Position numbers and translations under genes: made by a program. Shown here one piece after another: positions 12,351 through 24,723 of a DNA stretch of 64,000 nucleotides (within the stretch, counting starts at the first letter, position 1; the number at the start of each line of letters is the position of its first letter). The stretch is from positions 79,360,001 through 79,424,000 of the forward strand of contig NC_043003.1 of assembly GCF_006345805.1 (NCBI RefSeq), read 5' to 3'. Under the pieces are notes generated by a model. It was not told where the DNA came from. It ran no database searches and worked only from the letters and a program-made list of their open reading frames with translations. Origin of the DNA: Octopus sinensis (taxonomy: Eukaryota).

Positions 12351-12748
12351 TCTTTATATATAAAAGTGAAGTTGTGTCTCTGTCTCCTACGATTTAGATT
12401 CCTAACTACTCCCACATTTTGCGGTGCAGTGTAACCAAAAGCGGGTATCTTATAGTCGTGATTCATATCAAGCCCTTCTGGGTATTAGCGCGCGTCTACG
12501 ATGAGTCTACGATTTTAAAAATAACTTACCATCAATTTTTTCCATTTTGATGCATTTTTTCGCTATTATATAAGGGAAGTAACTCTCTAAAAATGTCTAC
12601 GATGAGTCAACGATTTTCAAAAAAATTTACCATAATTTTTTTCCCATTTTTAATGCATTTTTTTGCTATTTTTTGGCTATAACTCTCTAAAAATGCTTAT
12701 ATATTTATTTCCCTTACAAACCCGAGCAACGCCGGGCGATACTGCTAG
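12351..12748 (+). mobile_element. Non-autonomous Helitron
   Basis: Inserted between A and T; 5' TC; 3' GC-rich hairpin cccgagcaacgccggg (12721-12736) 8 nt before the terminal CTAG; no TSD. Confidence 0.88.
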
Positions 12749-12846
12749 TATATATATACATTTCTTTCCGGGCGAATCGGTAGCCTAGGAGCTAATCTTA
12801 GCAGTCTAATGGAGTGAGCCAAATCCTGTTTCCAGCATAGTGTAGC

Positions 12847-13042
12847 ATCGCCACGTGGTGGCAACTTGGGAGAGCTGGCAAAACACGTCCTTTCTGTTCA
12901 CTGTCAGCCTTCAAGAGAGGTCGATACAGCGGGAAATTTTGCTGCTGCTAGTTCTCTGCGCATGTGCATGAGGGAACTTCCGGCAGGCCTCCTGGAAGAA
13001 ATCCAACTCTGCGCATGCGCGCTGAAAACTTCTAAAATGGTG
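12847..13042. promoter_or_regulatory. CpG-rich motif cluster (CTCF-like, E-box, two NRF1-like, ETS, YY1-like)
   Basis: GTTGCCACCACGTGGCGAT (minus, 12847-12865); TGCGCATGTGCA at 12957; ACTTCCGG at 12976; TGCGCATGCGCG at 13010; AAAATGG at 13034. Motif matches only, no functional data. Confidence 0.45.
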
Positions 13043-13341
13043 TCACTACAACTTCACAACCTGGTCCTTGGGTAGCTTTAGAAGAGTCCAATCTATGGCA
13101 AGTATTCTTGTCAGGTTTTCAGTCTGGGGATAACCCTCACCACTACCATCACTCCTACATGTCTCAAAGGCTCCAACAAAATGCTTGTAGGTATTCCTTT
13201 CTGCCTGCCATTAAATCTTTATCATTTAACTTTTATCTTTTACTTGTTTCAGTCATTCTTACCACACAGTTATGCCAGCACCAAAACTTGATTACATTTT
13301 CTAAACAGAAATATTAAAAAGTTAGGTTAAAGGAAACTCAC

Positions 13342-13450
13342 CTTGTCTATTTTAGACTCTTTTTTGAGTTCACTTGTCCTAAGAACTGCACCGAGCATGC
13401 AACAAAGGGAGACAATCACAATTAAACCCGGGCTGTTCAACCAAAGGCTC
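13342..13450 (-). CDS. SLC5: SLC5 exon 7
   Basis: ttattttccag, then 109 nt SLWLNSPGLIVIVSLCCMLGAVLRTSELKKESKIDK, then GTGAGT. Matches xLxxNxPGL; phase 2-0. Confidence 0.92.
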
Positions 13451-13668
13451 CTGGAAAATAACAAATAAGAAAAAAAAAAACACAATCAATTGGAGATCTA
13501 ATTAATGATTTCAAATTTAGCACAAGGCTAGCAAGTTTGGGGAAGTGTTTAACTGGTACTTATTTTATCAACCCTGAAAGGAGGAAAGGCAAAGTTGTCC
13601 TTGGCAGGATTTGAACTCAGATGGTGAAGATGGACAAAATGCCATGCATGTATGTATGTATGTATGTA

Positions 13669-13699
<31 letters not shown>

Positions 13700-13721
13700 T
13701 GTGTGTGTATGTATGTGTGTA

Positions 13722-13752
<31 letters not shown>

Positions 13753-14049
13753 ATGTATGTATGTAGTGTGTATGTGTGTGTGTGTATGTATGTATGTATG
13801 TATGTATGTATTATGTATGTATGTATGTATGTATGTATGTATGTATGTATGTATGTATGTACAGGCACTGGCATGGCTGTATGGTTAAAAAGTTTGCTAT
13901 GTAACCACAGGCTCATTGGTTCAGTCTCACTCCATCTTACCATGAACAAATGTCTTCTACTATCACCCCTGGACTAACCGATACCTTGAGTGAATTTGTT
14001 TGGCAGAAACTGCATTTAGTGTGTATGTACATGCATGTGTGTGTGTGTG

Positions 14050-14081
<32 letters not shown>

Positions 14082-14286
14082 ACATAAATAGTTAAAGGGT
14101 CCCTGCACATATTCCATCAAAAAATTCCATTCACAAAGTATTGGTCTGTTTGAAGGTGAAGTAGAAGAGATTTACCATAGGTGCTATGCAGTGTGGTTGC
14201 AAAGCAAACGTTCAAAGAATACGGCTATGATTGTGCCAAAGATTTGGCACATCTAAATCCCTGCAATTCAAACGAAATTAACATAC

Positions 14287-14421
14287 CATTTAGCTTTTTT
14301 CAGTGAAGAGCATGAAAAATATCTTTGCACTTGAGACTGGTTCACAGCATAAATTGATGCATAGAGCACAGTTCCACCAATTATTGTTGATGTGACGGAG
14401 TAGTTTTTGCCTTCTTGAAAC
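14287..14421 (-). CDS. SLC5: SLC5 exon 6
   Basis: ttacttcag, then 135 nt FQEGKNYSVTSTIIGGTVLYASIYAVNQSQVQRYFSCSSLKKAK(W), then GTATGT. Contains the NQxQVQRY motif; phase 2-2. Confidence 0.96.
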
Positions 14422-14531
14422 CTGAAGTAATAAGGATATATATAATTAGTGCATTGGAAATGATATCTGAGGGAGTGTGATAGAGAGTTGGGCAGAGGAA
14501 ATGGGATACATAAGTTGACTGGAAGGAAGTG

Positions 14532-14579
<48 letters not shown>

Positions 14580-14950
14580 GAAGTGATTGAATGTAGGAGA
14601 AAAGTACAGCTAGTTATCACTTGTAAGCAAGTACAGCTTGGTAATGTGTCTCATCATCATCGTTTAACCATTTAGATTTAATACAGTTCTATCCAGTCCA
14701 AAACATCTATCTGTTTTATGTTAAAACTGACCAGATCCAACCTCTCACATCTACCCTACAATACACACACAAGCATGTATCTAACTTATGCACTGTTCAC
14801 TTTCCAATCATTTGTACATTACTGCATATGCTTTATATGCACTTTTGACAAGTTGTGGTGCACCTGAGCACTGTATACAATAATTTCATTATTATTTTTA
14901 AAAAAAATATAGCAAGAGTATAAAAAAGAAAAAAATGATATGTTACTTAC

Positions 14951-15099
14951 ATAGAAGCAGCTGTATCATTAATTGTTGCATTGTAGAAAACCTCTGCAAC
15001 GTTCCTCGAAGAAAAGGTAGAGATAACAATGGCCAGAAGACCAATAAACATTGTAATTAATTGAAAAGCCTCAATATAAGTGTTGGCTTTTAGTCCACC
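14951..15099 (-). CDS. SLC5: SLC5 exon 5
   Basis: T-tract+cttccag, then 149 nt GGLKANTYIEAFQLITMFIGLLAIV...DTAAS(M), then GTAAGT. Variant of GGLKAVIWTDVFQ; phase 0-2. Confidence 0.93.
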
Positions 15100-16000
15100 C
15101 TGGAAGAAAAAAAAAAAAAAATGGTTAAGTATGTATTTATTCTTTTGTTTCAGTCATTTGACTGAGGCCATGTTGGAGCACCATCTTAAAAGGGTTTTAG
15201 CAGAAGAAATTGACCCCCAAGTCTCATTCATTGTAAGTATAGTACGTATTCTATTGGTCTCTTTTGCCAAACCGCTAGGTTACTGGGACGAAAAACACAC
15301 CAGCATCAGTTGTTAAGCAATGACAGGGGGACAAACACAGACACACACACACACACATTTATATATATACAATGGGCTTCTTTCAGTTTCTGTCCACCTA
15401 ATTCATTTGCAAGACTTTGGTTGGTCCAAGACTACAGCAGAAGACACTTGCCCTAGGTGCCATACAGTGGGACTGAACCTGGAACCATGTGGTTGGGAAG
15501 CAAGCTTTGTACCACACAGCCACACCTGCATCTATGTTCAAGAGGTTTTAGGTAGGATACAAATTTTAAATGATATTTTGTTTTATCGCATGTATTCACA
15601 TACAGTATCCTTATTAGGTGTGAGGTTAAGAAGTTTTCTTTGCAACCATGTGGTCTCAGATTCAGTCCCACGATGTAGCACCTTAGAAAAGACTTCTACT
15701 ATTGTTTTGGGACAAACAATGCTCTGTTTTGTATAAATCTAGTTCTTTTGGCTTCTGGAGAAGAGGTAGGACAATTGTTATGCCGATGAAGAAGACTATT
15801 GAGTTAGAAACACAACTGTCCTCAAGCATACTCATATCTCCAGACAATAAGTCCATCCATTTCCTTAATAGCAATGTCTCTAGCCATTAGCCTGCTTCTG
15901 ACTGCTTATATGTATATGTATGTATGTGATCATCATCATCATCATCATGATGTAATGTCCGCTTTCCATGCTGGCATGGGTTAAATGGTTTAACCTCCAG

Positions 16001-16237
16001 GCGGCGAGCTGGCAGAATCGTTAACACGCTGGGCGAAAAGCGTAGCTGTATTTCGTCTGCCGTTACGTTCTGAGTTCAAATTCCGCCGAGGTCGACTTTG
16101 CCTTTCATCCTTTCGGGGTCGATAAATTAAGTACCAGTTACGCACTGGGGGTCGATGTAATCGACTTAATCCGTTTGTCTGTTCTTGTTTGTCCCCTCTG
16201 TGTTTAGCCCCTTGTGGGTAGTAAAGAAATAGAAATA
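16001..16237 (+). mobile_element. Family B SINE with a 14-bp TSD
   Basis: ggtttaacctccag at 15987-16000 and 16238-16251. Confidence 0.88.
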
Positions 16238-16251
16238 GGTTTAACCTCCAG

Positions 16252-16540
16252 CTGTCTGAAACTATCACCTGTATCATCTCTTGTGAAAGGTAGAAGAGTC
16301 CAGTTTGCTGGGCATTGTTGTAGAGCTGAAAACGACATAATCTCTACTCTTCTCCCCTGGAAGCCATCTGCTTGCGATATCAGAGGGCGCACACTCTCCT
16401 ACCCCGATGTAATCTCCAGGGATACAGGCATCCAGCAAACAAGACCTCCGTAATGCTATGATGGACCGTGAAGTCTGGCGTAACATAGTAAATTCCATTG
16501 TCTCGACCACGGTCGAACAATGATGATGATGATGATGATG
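16252..16540 (+). mobile_element. RTE LINE 3' end
   Basis: Reads PVSSLVKGRRVQFAGHCCRAE..., then DLRNAMMDREVWR after a frameshift; (GAT)n tail. Confidence 0.8.
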
Positions 16541-18150
16541 TTGAGTTATGGTTTCTATGTTTGGAATTATGTGAATAACGCTACAGTTCAACAATTTACA
16601 AGTCATTGACCTGGTACCGCCTGAAAAAAAAAAAAAAAAAAAGAGGAAAAAAACAAAAAACAAAAAACAAATGCTCAGCTAAAGCAAAAACCTCTCCCTA
16701 GTTTAAAAGGATCATTAATCTTCTGTTTCTTTCCTGTTCTCCTCTTTGCATTCCTTCGCCACTCTTATTCTCTATCTTCAACATGACCCTCTCAAAGTTT
16801 CATTTCCTTCCTCTTTCTAACCACTCTTTCCTCTCTCACACACTTCTATCATACATGTTAACAAGTTATTCTCTGCCACTTACTGTCATTCGCCATTGTG
16901 ACACCACATTCATAGACTAACAACAAAGCAAGTCTTTCTTTGGTTTTTTTAAAGTACTTCTCCCAACGAGATATTTATTTCTGATATCTTACACTTAATG
17001 AATAAAGTGACAATGATCACCATTACTATTCTTTTTTGATTTTATTTCTTTTTCTTTTTTTTATTCATAAATCCATGCACCACAGATGCAAATTATTATA
17101 TAAAAGACTGATTGTGACTAAAAGAAAACAAAAATTACTTTTGGGGAGACTAACATTTCAGGAGTTCTCTCCCTTGCCTCATCAGATTTTTTTTTTCTGC
17201 AGCTAATGGCTTTTTATAGTTGTAATTTTAAATTAATTAAAAAATATTTTTGGTTCACTACCTTAAAGGTGATAAAAGTAAACATTAGTTATGTATTGCA
17301 TTTTAGTTATGTATCCCATAAATAATGTGGTTTTCAATTGCGTGAACTAAAAGTCGGAAGAGGACGGGATAAACTACCTGCATCAACTTGCTATAAAAGC
17401 AGGTAGTAATTTTACCATGTACTTATTCTTAGTGTGAGTTTTGAAGAGTGCAGTTTGATTTTAACAGTTATTTTTTTGAAAGCTATAATGGAAGTGGCAA
17501 AGGAGCATATTCAGCATATTTTGCTTTATGAGTTCAATAAAAGCAACAACGCAATGGAAAGTGCAAGGAATATTAATGCAGTATATGGGTATCGGACAAT
17601 AAGCGTAAACCAGTGCCAATGGCGGTACCAGAGATTTCCAGCCAGAAACTACAGTCTAGAAGACAAGTCATCCTGGAAGATCTGCAGAGCTCAACGAGGA
17701 TGTCCTGCAACGAGGATGTCCCTGGTGGAACAAAATCTCATTGTGACTGTTGAAGAACTAGCAGAGAAGCTTGGATTTGGTCATTCAAATAGTCATTCAA
17801 GTCAGTGCTAGAAGAAAAATGTCCATCTTTGGTTTCAAGACAAAAGGTGTTCTTCCATGAGGATAATGCTCGGCCACATACAGTGAGGATGACATTCCAA
17901 AAGCTGGAGTAGTTTGAATGGAAAACGATGCCCCACCCATTATATTCACTGGACATTGCTCCATCTGATTATCATTTATTCTGCAGTCTTCAAAATCATT
18001 TGGATGAAAAAAAAAAAAAAAAAACCAATTCTGAGGTCAGAACAATACTGGAGGATTATTTTTTGCCACAGACAAGGGAATTTTGGAAGAGGGGGGCTTT
18101 GCAGGTCTACCAGATAGATGGAAGAGATTGTAGAAAATGAAAGAGAGTAT

Positions 18151-18566
18151 AGAGTGGTCGTATACTGTCAACCTAACGTGACAGTCCCGTATGGGAATTA
18201 CACCACCGCTGTTTAGCCCTAGGAAGCATCGAACGCTTCCTGTCGGCTTTGACACATTTCCTGTGTCCTTATATTTGTGAAGGGGAGGCAAGCACCCCCA
18301 CCAGCCAAGATTCACACCTGAGGACATGCATGTTTCTGGGTCTTAACCCGTCATCAGCCCAGGATAGGTGCTTGCCTCCCCTTCACAAATATAAGGACAC
18401 AGGAAATGTGTCAAAGCCGACAGGAAGCGTTCGATGCTTCCTAGGGCTAAACAGCGGTGGTGTAATTCCCTTACAGGACTGTCACGTTAGGTTGACAGTA
18501 TACAACCACTCTATCGCTCCACCACCGTTCATGTCTCTTTGAGACATTTAGAAATTTAATATTTCT
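18151..18566 (-). mobile_element. Fold-back insertion carrying a hammerhead motif (Penelope-like pLTR or retrozyme-like)
   Basis: 148-bp arms at 18149-18296 and 18367-18514 (3 mismatches); flanked by aatgaaRgagagtat at 18136-18150 and 18567-18581. Confidence 0.8.
18317..18363 (-). ncRNA. Minimal type I hammerhead ribozyme motif
   Basis: CCTGGG-CTGATGA-C-GGGT-TAAG-ACCC-A-GAAAC-ATGCAT-GTC-CTCAGG: 6-bp stem I, intact core, palindromic stem III (ACATGCATGT), GUC triplet. Confidence 0.8.
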
Positions 18567-19745
18567 AATGAAGGAGAGTATATTTAGGATTAAACAAGAA
18601 GTTTGTTTATCTTAATTTTGAAAAATAAACGAAGTATAAAAAAAAGCACATCATTTATGAGATGACCCAATAACTTATAGCCCTGATAGATGTTATTGTT
18701 TAGTCCCAGGTCAGCTTAACCTTTTAACATTTTAACTGACCATATCTGACCAAAATATTCTGTTTAAAGTTAAAACTGATCAGATCCAACCTTTCAAACC
18801 TACCCTACAATATCGTTCTAAAAATATACAAACACATCATTGAAATCTTGAAGCTTCAAGATAATGCATGATTAATTAAAAACAATGTGAGTAAATAAGC
18901 AATTAATTGGCCAAAGAAATCTGAATGCTAAAGAGTTAAATCAACTAAACCTTATGATAAAACTTTTTCTAGCAATAACCATCTCATTTTTATTTTAAAA
19001 TATGTATTTAAGATTACACTATCTAACATGTCCTTTCATTCTTCTTAGGGAATGATTCGAGGGAGATTCGGTCTCTATTTCTAGCAGGTTGAATGGTCAC
19101 AAAGAGACTTCCTCATTGGCTCGACAGTCGTAGTAAAAAGACAGAACAGCCTTACAACTGATAAGATATTGATTCCACACACATGCACGCACGTGCACAC
19201 ACACACACACACACACAGAGGAGGACACGTGGCTGTTTGGTAAGAAGTTTGTTTCCTAGTATAACCCTCAGCTGACCATAGGATTGTGAGTAGATTTGGT
19301 AGAGGGAAACTGAAAGATGCCAATATGTGTGTGTGTGTACACATACACACACACATTGTGAGAGTGAAGTACCGTGTAATTATTTATCTTAAGCAATTCT
19401 AAATCTTTCCTATCATTCGATGTGATTAGCCAGAAACTGGATTATATTGATGTACATATAAGGTACTTGCCCAAATTCCAAATCCTTATTTCTTTTACGT
19501 TATATATATGTGTATATATATATGTGTGTGTGTCCTTGTTTTGGCATCACGTAGTAGTTGTAAATAATTGCCACTGTCAGACAAGCAATGTCATTCATTT
19601 CTACTATCCTCAAGAATATGTCTCGAGAAATATTACCTTGCTTGGAAACAGGTGAAGGTTGGTGACAGGCAGGGTGTCTGGTTGCAGAAAATCTGCTTCA
19701 AATAAACTCTATTTGACTCATAGAAGCATGGAAAAGGGATGCTAA

Positions 19746-19780
<35 letters not shown>

Positions 19781-20760
19781 ATATAGTAGTGAAGGCTGTT
19801 TTCAAAATGTTCAACCTCATGGAAAAGAAAATAAAAAAACTGAGATGAATTGGGATATGTTGTGTGTGTATGTATGTATGTATGTATATATATATATATA
19901 TGTATGTATGTATGCTGTGTGTGTATGTATATATATACATATGTATATATGCTCTGTGTGTATGTATATGAATATATAATATATGTATGTATATATGCTG
20001 TGTGTATGCATATATATACATAATCTTTTACTTATTTTAGGCATTTGACAGTGGCCATACTGGAGCACTGCCTAAAAGGGTTTTAGTTGAAGAAATTGAC
20101 CCCAAGACTCATTCTTTGTAAACCTAGCACTTATTCTATTTTGCTGAACAGCTAAGTTATAAGGACATAAACACACCAGCATTGGTTGTCAAGCGATGGC
20201 AGTGGGGACAAATGCAGACACAGACATGAAAACACGCACACACAAACACACAACAGGTTTCTTTCAGTTTCCATCAACCAAATCCACCCACAAGGCTTTG
20301 GTTGGGCCAAGGCTATTGTAGAAGACACTTGCCCAAAGTGTCATGAAGTGAGACTGAACCTGGAACCATGTGATAGCGAAGCAAGCTTCTTACCACACAG
20401 CCACACCTGCACCTATATGTGTGTGTATGTGTGTAGTGGTGGGTGCACGTGCATATGTATATGATGATGATGATGATTGCCTTATCTAGTCAGATGATAG
20501 CCATCTCATGTACAAACTGATTGTTCTGATTTACTTTCATCCTTGCATATGCATGGATAGGACTTTATGCCATGCATCCATTGCCATAGGATTTTATATT
20601 GTACAAAACAGATCAAGAAATGATAGCAAGGTGTCTGTATGTGATTAGATTTAAGTGACAAAAACTTCTGCAATACTTTTGCCAATCTCTTGGTCATCAC
20701 AGTAAGTTCCAGACTGGTACTATTTTGACTGCAAGTTTTATGCCAGAGTATCTTTCTCCT

Positions 20761-21073
20761 GTGGAGGTGCAATGGCCCAGTGGTTAGGGCAGTGGACTCG
20801 CGGTCGGAGAATCGCGGTTTCGATTCCCATACTGGGCGTTGTGTGTGTTTATTGAGTGTAAACACCTAAAAGCTCCACGAGGCTCCGGCAGGGGGTGGTG
20901 GTAACCCCTGTTGTACTCTTTTGCCACAACTTTCTCTCACTCTCTCTTCTTGTTTCTTGAGTAACGCTGCAATGGACTGGTGTCCCGTCCAGCTGGCGGT
21001 GGGGCACATATGTCACAGAAACCGGGAAACTGGGCCCACGAGCCTGGCTAGGCTTGAAAAGGGCGACGTTTTT
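20761..21073 (+). mobile_element. Family C tRNA-derived SINE with a 12-bp TSD
   Basis: A-box tggcccagtgg, B-box ggtttcgattcc; tatctttctcct at 20749-20760 and 21074-21085. Confidence 0.88.
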
Positions 21074-21360
21074 TATCTTTCTCCTAGAAGGGCTACCTCC
21101 CCAACGTTTTTTTTTTTAAATGGAAGCCTCCTCTACCATTGGGAAATCTATTAAACACATAGATGGGACTCTGACAGGTTCTATTGTTCTGGGTCAGAAC
21201 AAACTTGGGAGCAATGGTAACTAAGAGGTCACTCCATGGTCCTAACAATTCCAGAATTCATTGTTATAGGACTTTATAAAATGCAAAAGAGATTAAGAAT
21301 GATAACAATCAAGAAGTGATAGCAATACATCTGTACAACATTGGATTTAAGTGACAAAAG

Positions 21361-21761
21361 TTTCTTATTTCTTTATTGCCTACAAGGGGCTAAACATAGA
21401 AGGGACAAACAAATGGATTAAGTCGATTACATCGAATCCAGCACGTAACTGGTACTTAATTTATCGGCGCCGAAAGGATGAAAGGCAAAGTCGACCTCGG
21501 TGGAATTTGAATGTAACGGCAGACGAAATACCTATTTCTTTACTACCCACAAGGGGCTAAACACAGAAAGGACAAACAAGGACAGACAAACGGATTAAGT
21601 CGATTATATTGAGCCCAGTGCATAACTGGTACTTATTTAATCGACCCCGAAAGGATGAAAGGCAAAGTCGACCTTGGTGGAAACTCAGAATGTAACGGCA
21701 GACGAAATACCGCTAAGCATTTCGCCCAGCGTGCTAACGTTTCTACCAGCTCACCACCTTC
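21361..21761 (-). mobile_element. Family B SINE (dimeric) with an 11-bp TSD
   Basis: agtgacaaaag at 21350-21360 and 21762-21772. Confidence 0.88.
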
Positions 21762-21939
21762 AGTGACAAAAGCTTCTGCAACACTATTACCAATCTCTTG
21801 GTCACCATTGTAGGTTCCAGACTGTTATTATTTTGACTACAGGTTTTATGCCAGAGTATCTTTCTCCTAGAAAAGTTACCACCCCCACTGGTTTATTAAG
21901 AATAATGGAAGCCTCCTCTACTGCTGGGAAATCTATTAA

Positions 21940-22247
21940 CCCCTTACCCAACAATTATTTTGAAAATAAATGTATTTTTTCAGACATATTTTTTAATTGT
22001 TTTATTTTACTATGTTTTGAATGGTGATTTCGAGGTATATTTCAAACCTTATTTATTATGAATTTTAATTCAATAATATTGATTTTAAATTACCGCTTTG
22101 GGCAGAAACGAGTTAACCCGTTTTTAGACGAAGGAACTCGTTTGCTGTCGATTTTGGCGAGTCTATCTTTTGACGAGTTAACTTGTCAGAGATAGAAAAA
22201 AACGACTTCGGTCAAAACGCATATATTCGTTTCTGCCGGGTAAGGGG
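21940..22247. mobile_element. piggyBac-like MITE
   Basis: TTAA at 21936-21939 and 22248-22251; TIRs ccccttaccc / gggtaagggg. Confidence 0.85.
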
Positions 22248-22959
22248 TTAAACACATAAATGGGACTGACAGGTGCTACTGTTCTGGGCCAGAACAGACT
22301 TTGGAGTAATGGCAATTAAAGGGTGATTCCATGCTTCTGACAACTCCAGAATTCTTGAACTGGAGCCCCACCATGAGATGTAGTTTAATATCATACCCAG
22401 AGCAAATTCACTCAAGGTGAGACTGAAGCCAAAACTATGTAATGGTTGTGAAGAAAACTTCTTAATAACACAGCCAGGTCTATCACTAATATTTGGAAGA
22501 AAAAGGAAAATGGATAAAAATCTAACAGGTTTAAACAATAAATCTCCAAGTGTAAATATTCTACAAGGCATGCAGTATTGTAAAATCTATTTCAGATTTC
22601 ACAACAAAGAAATTTTATACAACTACTTCTTAGACTTCAATTATATAAAATGCAGTTCTTTTTTTTTCCTGCTTAAAGCATAAACTTTAAATGGAAACAA
22701 TCAATAAGCTTAACAGCAAAAGAAGTAAGAAAAACAATTGCCAAAAATGACATTAAACAATTCCATTATGCCGACAGAACTGAAAATCAATAGTTGAGTT
22801 AGTGTTAACATGATTAATGTAGCTGTCGTTAAAAAGCTAACTAGATATAAATATAGTAGTAGTAATGGTAGTGGTGGTAGCTATAGCAGTAGTAGTGGTG
22901 GTGGTGGTGGTGGTGATTTTTGATTTAGGCACAAGGCTTAGAATTTTGAGGGGACAAGG

Positions 22960-23590
22960 TTAGTTGATTCTGTTGACTCCATTACGTGACTGGTTACTAT
23001 ATTTTTTATCAATGCCAAAAGGATGAAAGGCAAAGTTGACCTCAAGCAGGATTTGAACTCAGAATGTAAAGAGTCAGAAAAAATACCACAATGCATTTTT
23101 CCAATGCTCTAATAATTCTTATTTCTTTATTGCCCACATGGGGCTAAACATAGAGGGGACAAACAAGGAAAGAAAAAAGGGATTAAGTCAATTACATCGA
23201 CCCCAGTGCGTAGCTAGTACTTAATTTATTGACCCCGAAAGGATGAAAGGCAAAGTCGAATTTGAACTCAGAACGAAACGGCAGATGAAATACCTATTTC
23301 TTTACTACCCACAAGGGGCTAAACACAGAGAGGACAAACAAAGACAGACAAATGGATTAAGTCGATTATATCGACCCCAGTGCGTAACTGGTATTTAATT
23401 TATCAACCCCGAAAGGATGAAAGACAAAGTTGATCTTGGCGGAATTTGAACTCAGAATGTAGCAGCAGACGAAATACCGCTAAGCATTTCGCCCAGCGTG
23501 CTAATGTTTCTGCCAGCTTGCAGCAGACGAAATACTGCCCAGCATTTCTCCTGGTGTGCTAACAATTCTTCTAGCTTGCTGTCTTAGTAA
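22960..23590 (-). mobile_element. Family B SINE multimer
   Basis: Three repeats of gaccccgaaaggatgaaaggcaaag...tttgaactcagaa. Confidence 0.8.
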
Positions 23591-23609
23591 TAATAATAAT
23601 AACAATAAT

Positions 23610-24130
23610 AATGGGATTTTACAATCCAATGTGACTCCTAATTAATGCTTGGAGACCAGATATTGTTGTGGTAGATAAAAGAAGAAAGGAAACAAAGATT
23701 ATAGATATTGCAGTACCTGGGGATGCATACATAAGTGACAAAAAACTAGAAAAGATTGAAAAGTATAGGCTACTAAAAAGCGAAATTGCAAGAATAAGGA
23801 CTATGAGGAGAGCATCTGTCATTCCAGTAGTTGTAGGGGCATTCAGAGCATTAGCATCCAAGTTTGAGAAATATGTCAGAGAAATTGGAATTGACATGAG
23901 AGCAGAGCAAGCCTCAAAATCTGCTCTGTTGGGGACAGATAGGATTTTGAGATTGGTACTTGGATGTTGAATGTCTCCCATGATAATTAACAACTAAGTA
24001 TAAAGCTTATAATGTGTGGAAAGAGACCCTGTAAGACCTCTGACAGCAGGCTGTTGTCCTCTCCCACAGAATCAACCAGAGCAAACAAGACCGAGCACTC
24101 TTAGAAGTAAAACGATAATAATTATAATAA
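23610..24130 (+). mobile_element. R4/Dong/NeSL-type LINE 3' fragment (restriction-like endonuclease)
   Basis: RPDIVVVDKRRKETKIIDIAVPGD...EKIEKY...PVVVGA, the PD..D RLE motif; (AAT) tail. Confidence 0.85.
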
Positions 24131-24662
24131 TAGTTTCAAATTTTGGCACAAGGCCACCAGCATTTTTGGAGGGGAGGGGCTGTCGTTTACATTGACTGTA
24201 GTGTTCAACTAGTACATATTTTATCAACCCTGAAAGGATGAAAGGCAAAGCTGACCTTGAGGGAATTTGAACTCAGAATGTAAGGATGGACGAAATACTG
24301 CTAAGCATTATGCCCAGCGTGCTAATGATTCTACCAGCTTGCTGCCTTAATATTAATAATAATAATAATAATAATAATGATCCTTTCTACTATAGGTACA
24401 AGGATTGAAATTTTGGGAGAGGGGGTAAGTCAGTTACATTGACCCTAGTACTTGACTCCGAGAGGATAAAAGGCAAAGTTGACTTCAGCAGAATTTGAAC
24501 TCAGAACACAAAGACAGACAAAATGCTGCTAAGCATTTTACCCGGTGCAGTAACGATTCTGCAGTTTGCTGCCTTAGTAGTAGTAGTAGTAGTAGTAGTA
24601 GTAATAATAATAATAATTAGTTTCTTTATTGGCCACAAGTGCTGAACACAAATAAAATTATT

Positions 24663-24721
<59 letters not shown>

Positions 24722-24723
<2 letters not shown>

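Larger units (their letters stand above)
17304..18672 (+). mobile_element. Internally deleted mariner (Mos1/SETMAR-like), interrupted at 18151-18566
   Basis: MEVAKEHIQHILLYEFNK N-terminus; HEDNARPH and YSLDIAPSDYHLF motifs; degenerate TIRs (catcccataaataatg / catttatgagatg). The WVPHEL and first-Asp region is missing. Confidence 0.9.

Noticed and set aside
17148-17188. Minus-strand CTGATGA...GAAATGTT hammerhead-like spacing
   Set aside because: No stem I and an irregular stem II; could be chance or a very old remnant.
22690-22779. Acceptor followed by FNVIFGNCFSYFF, resembling exon 6
   Set aside because: In-frame stop; the true exon 6 is at 14287-14421.
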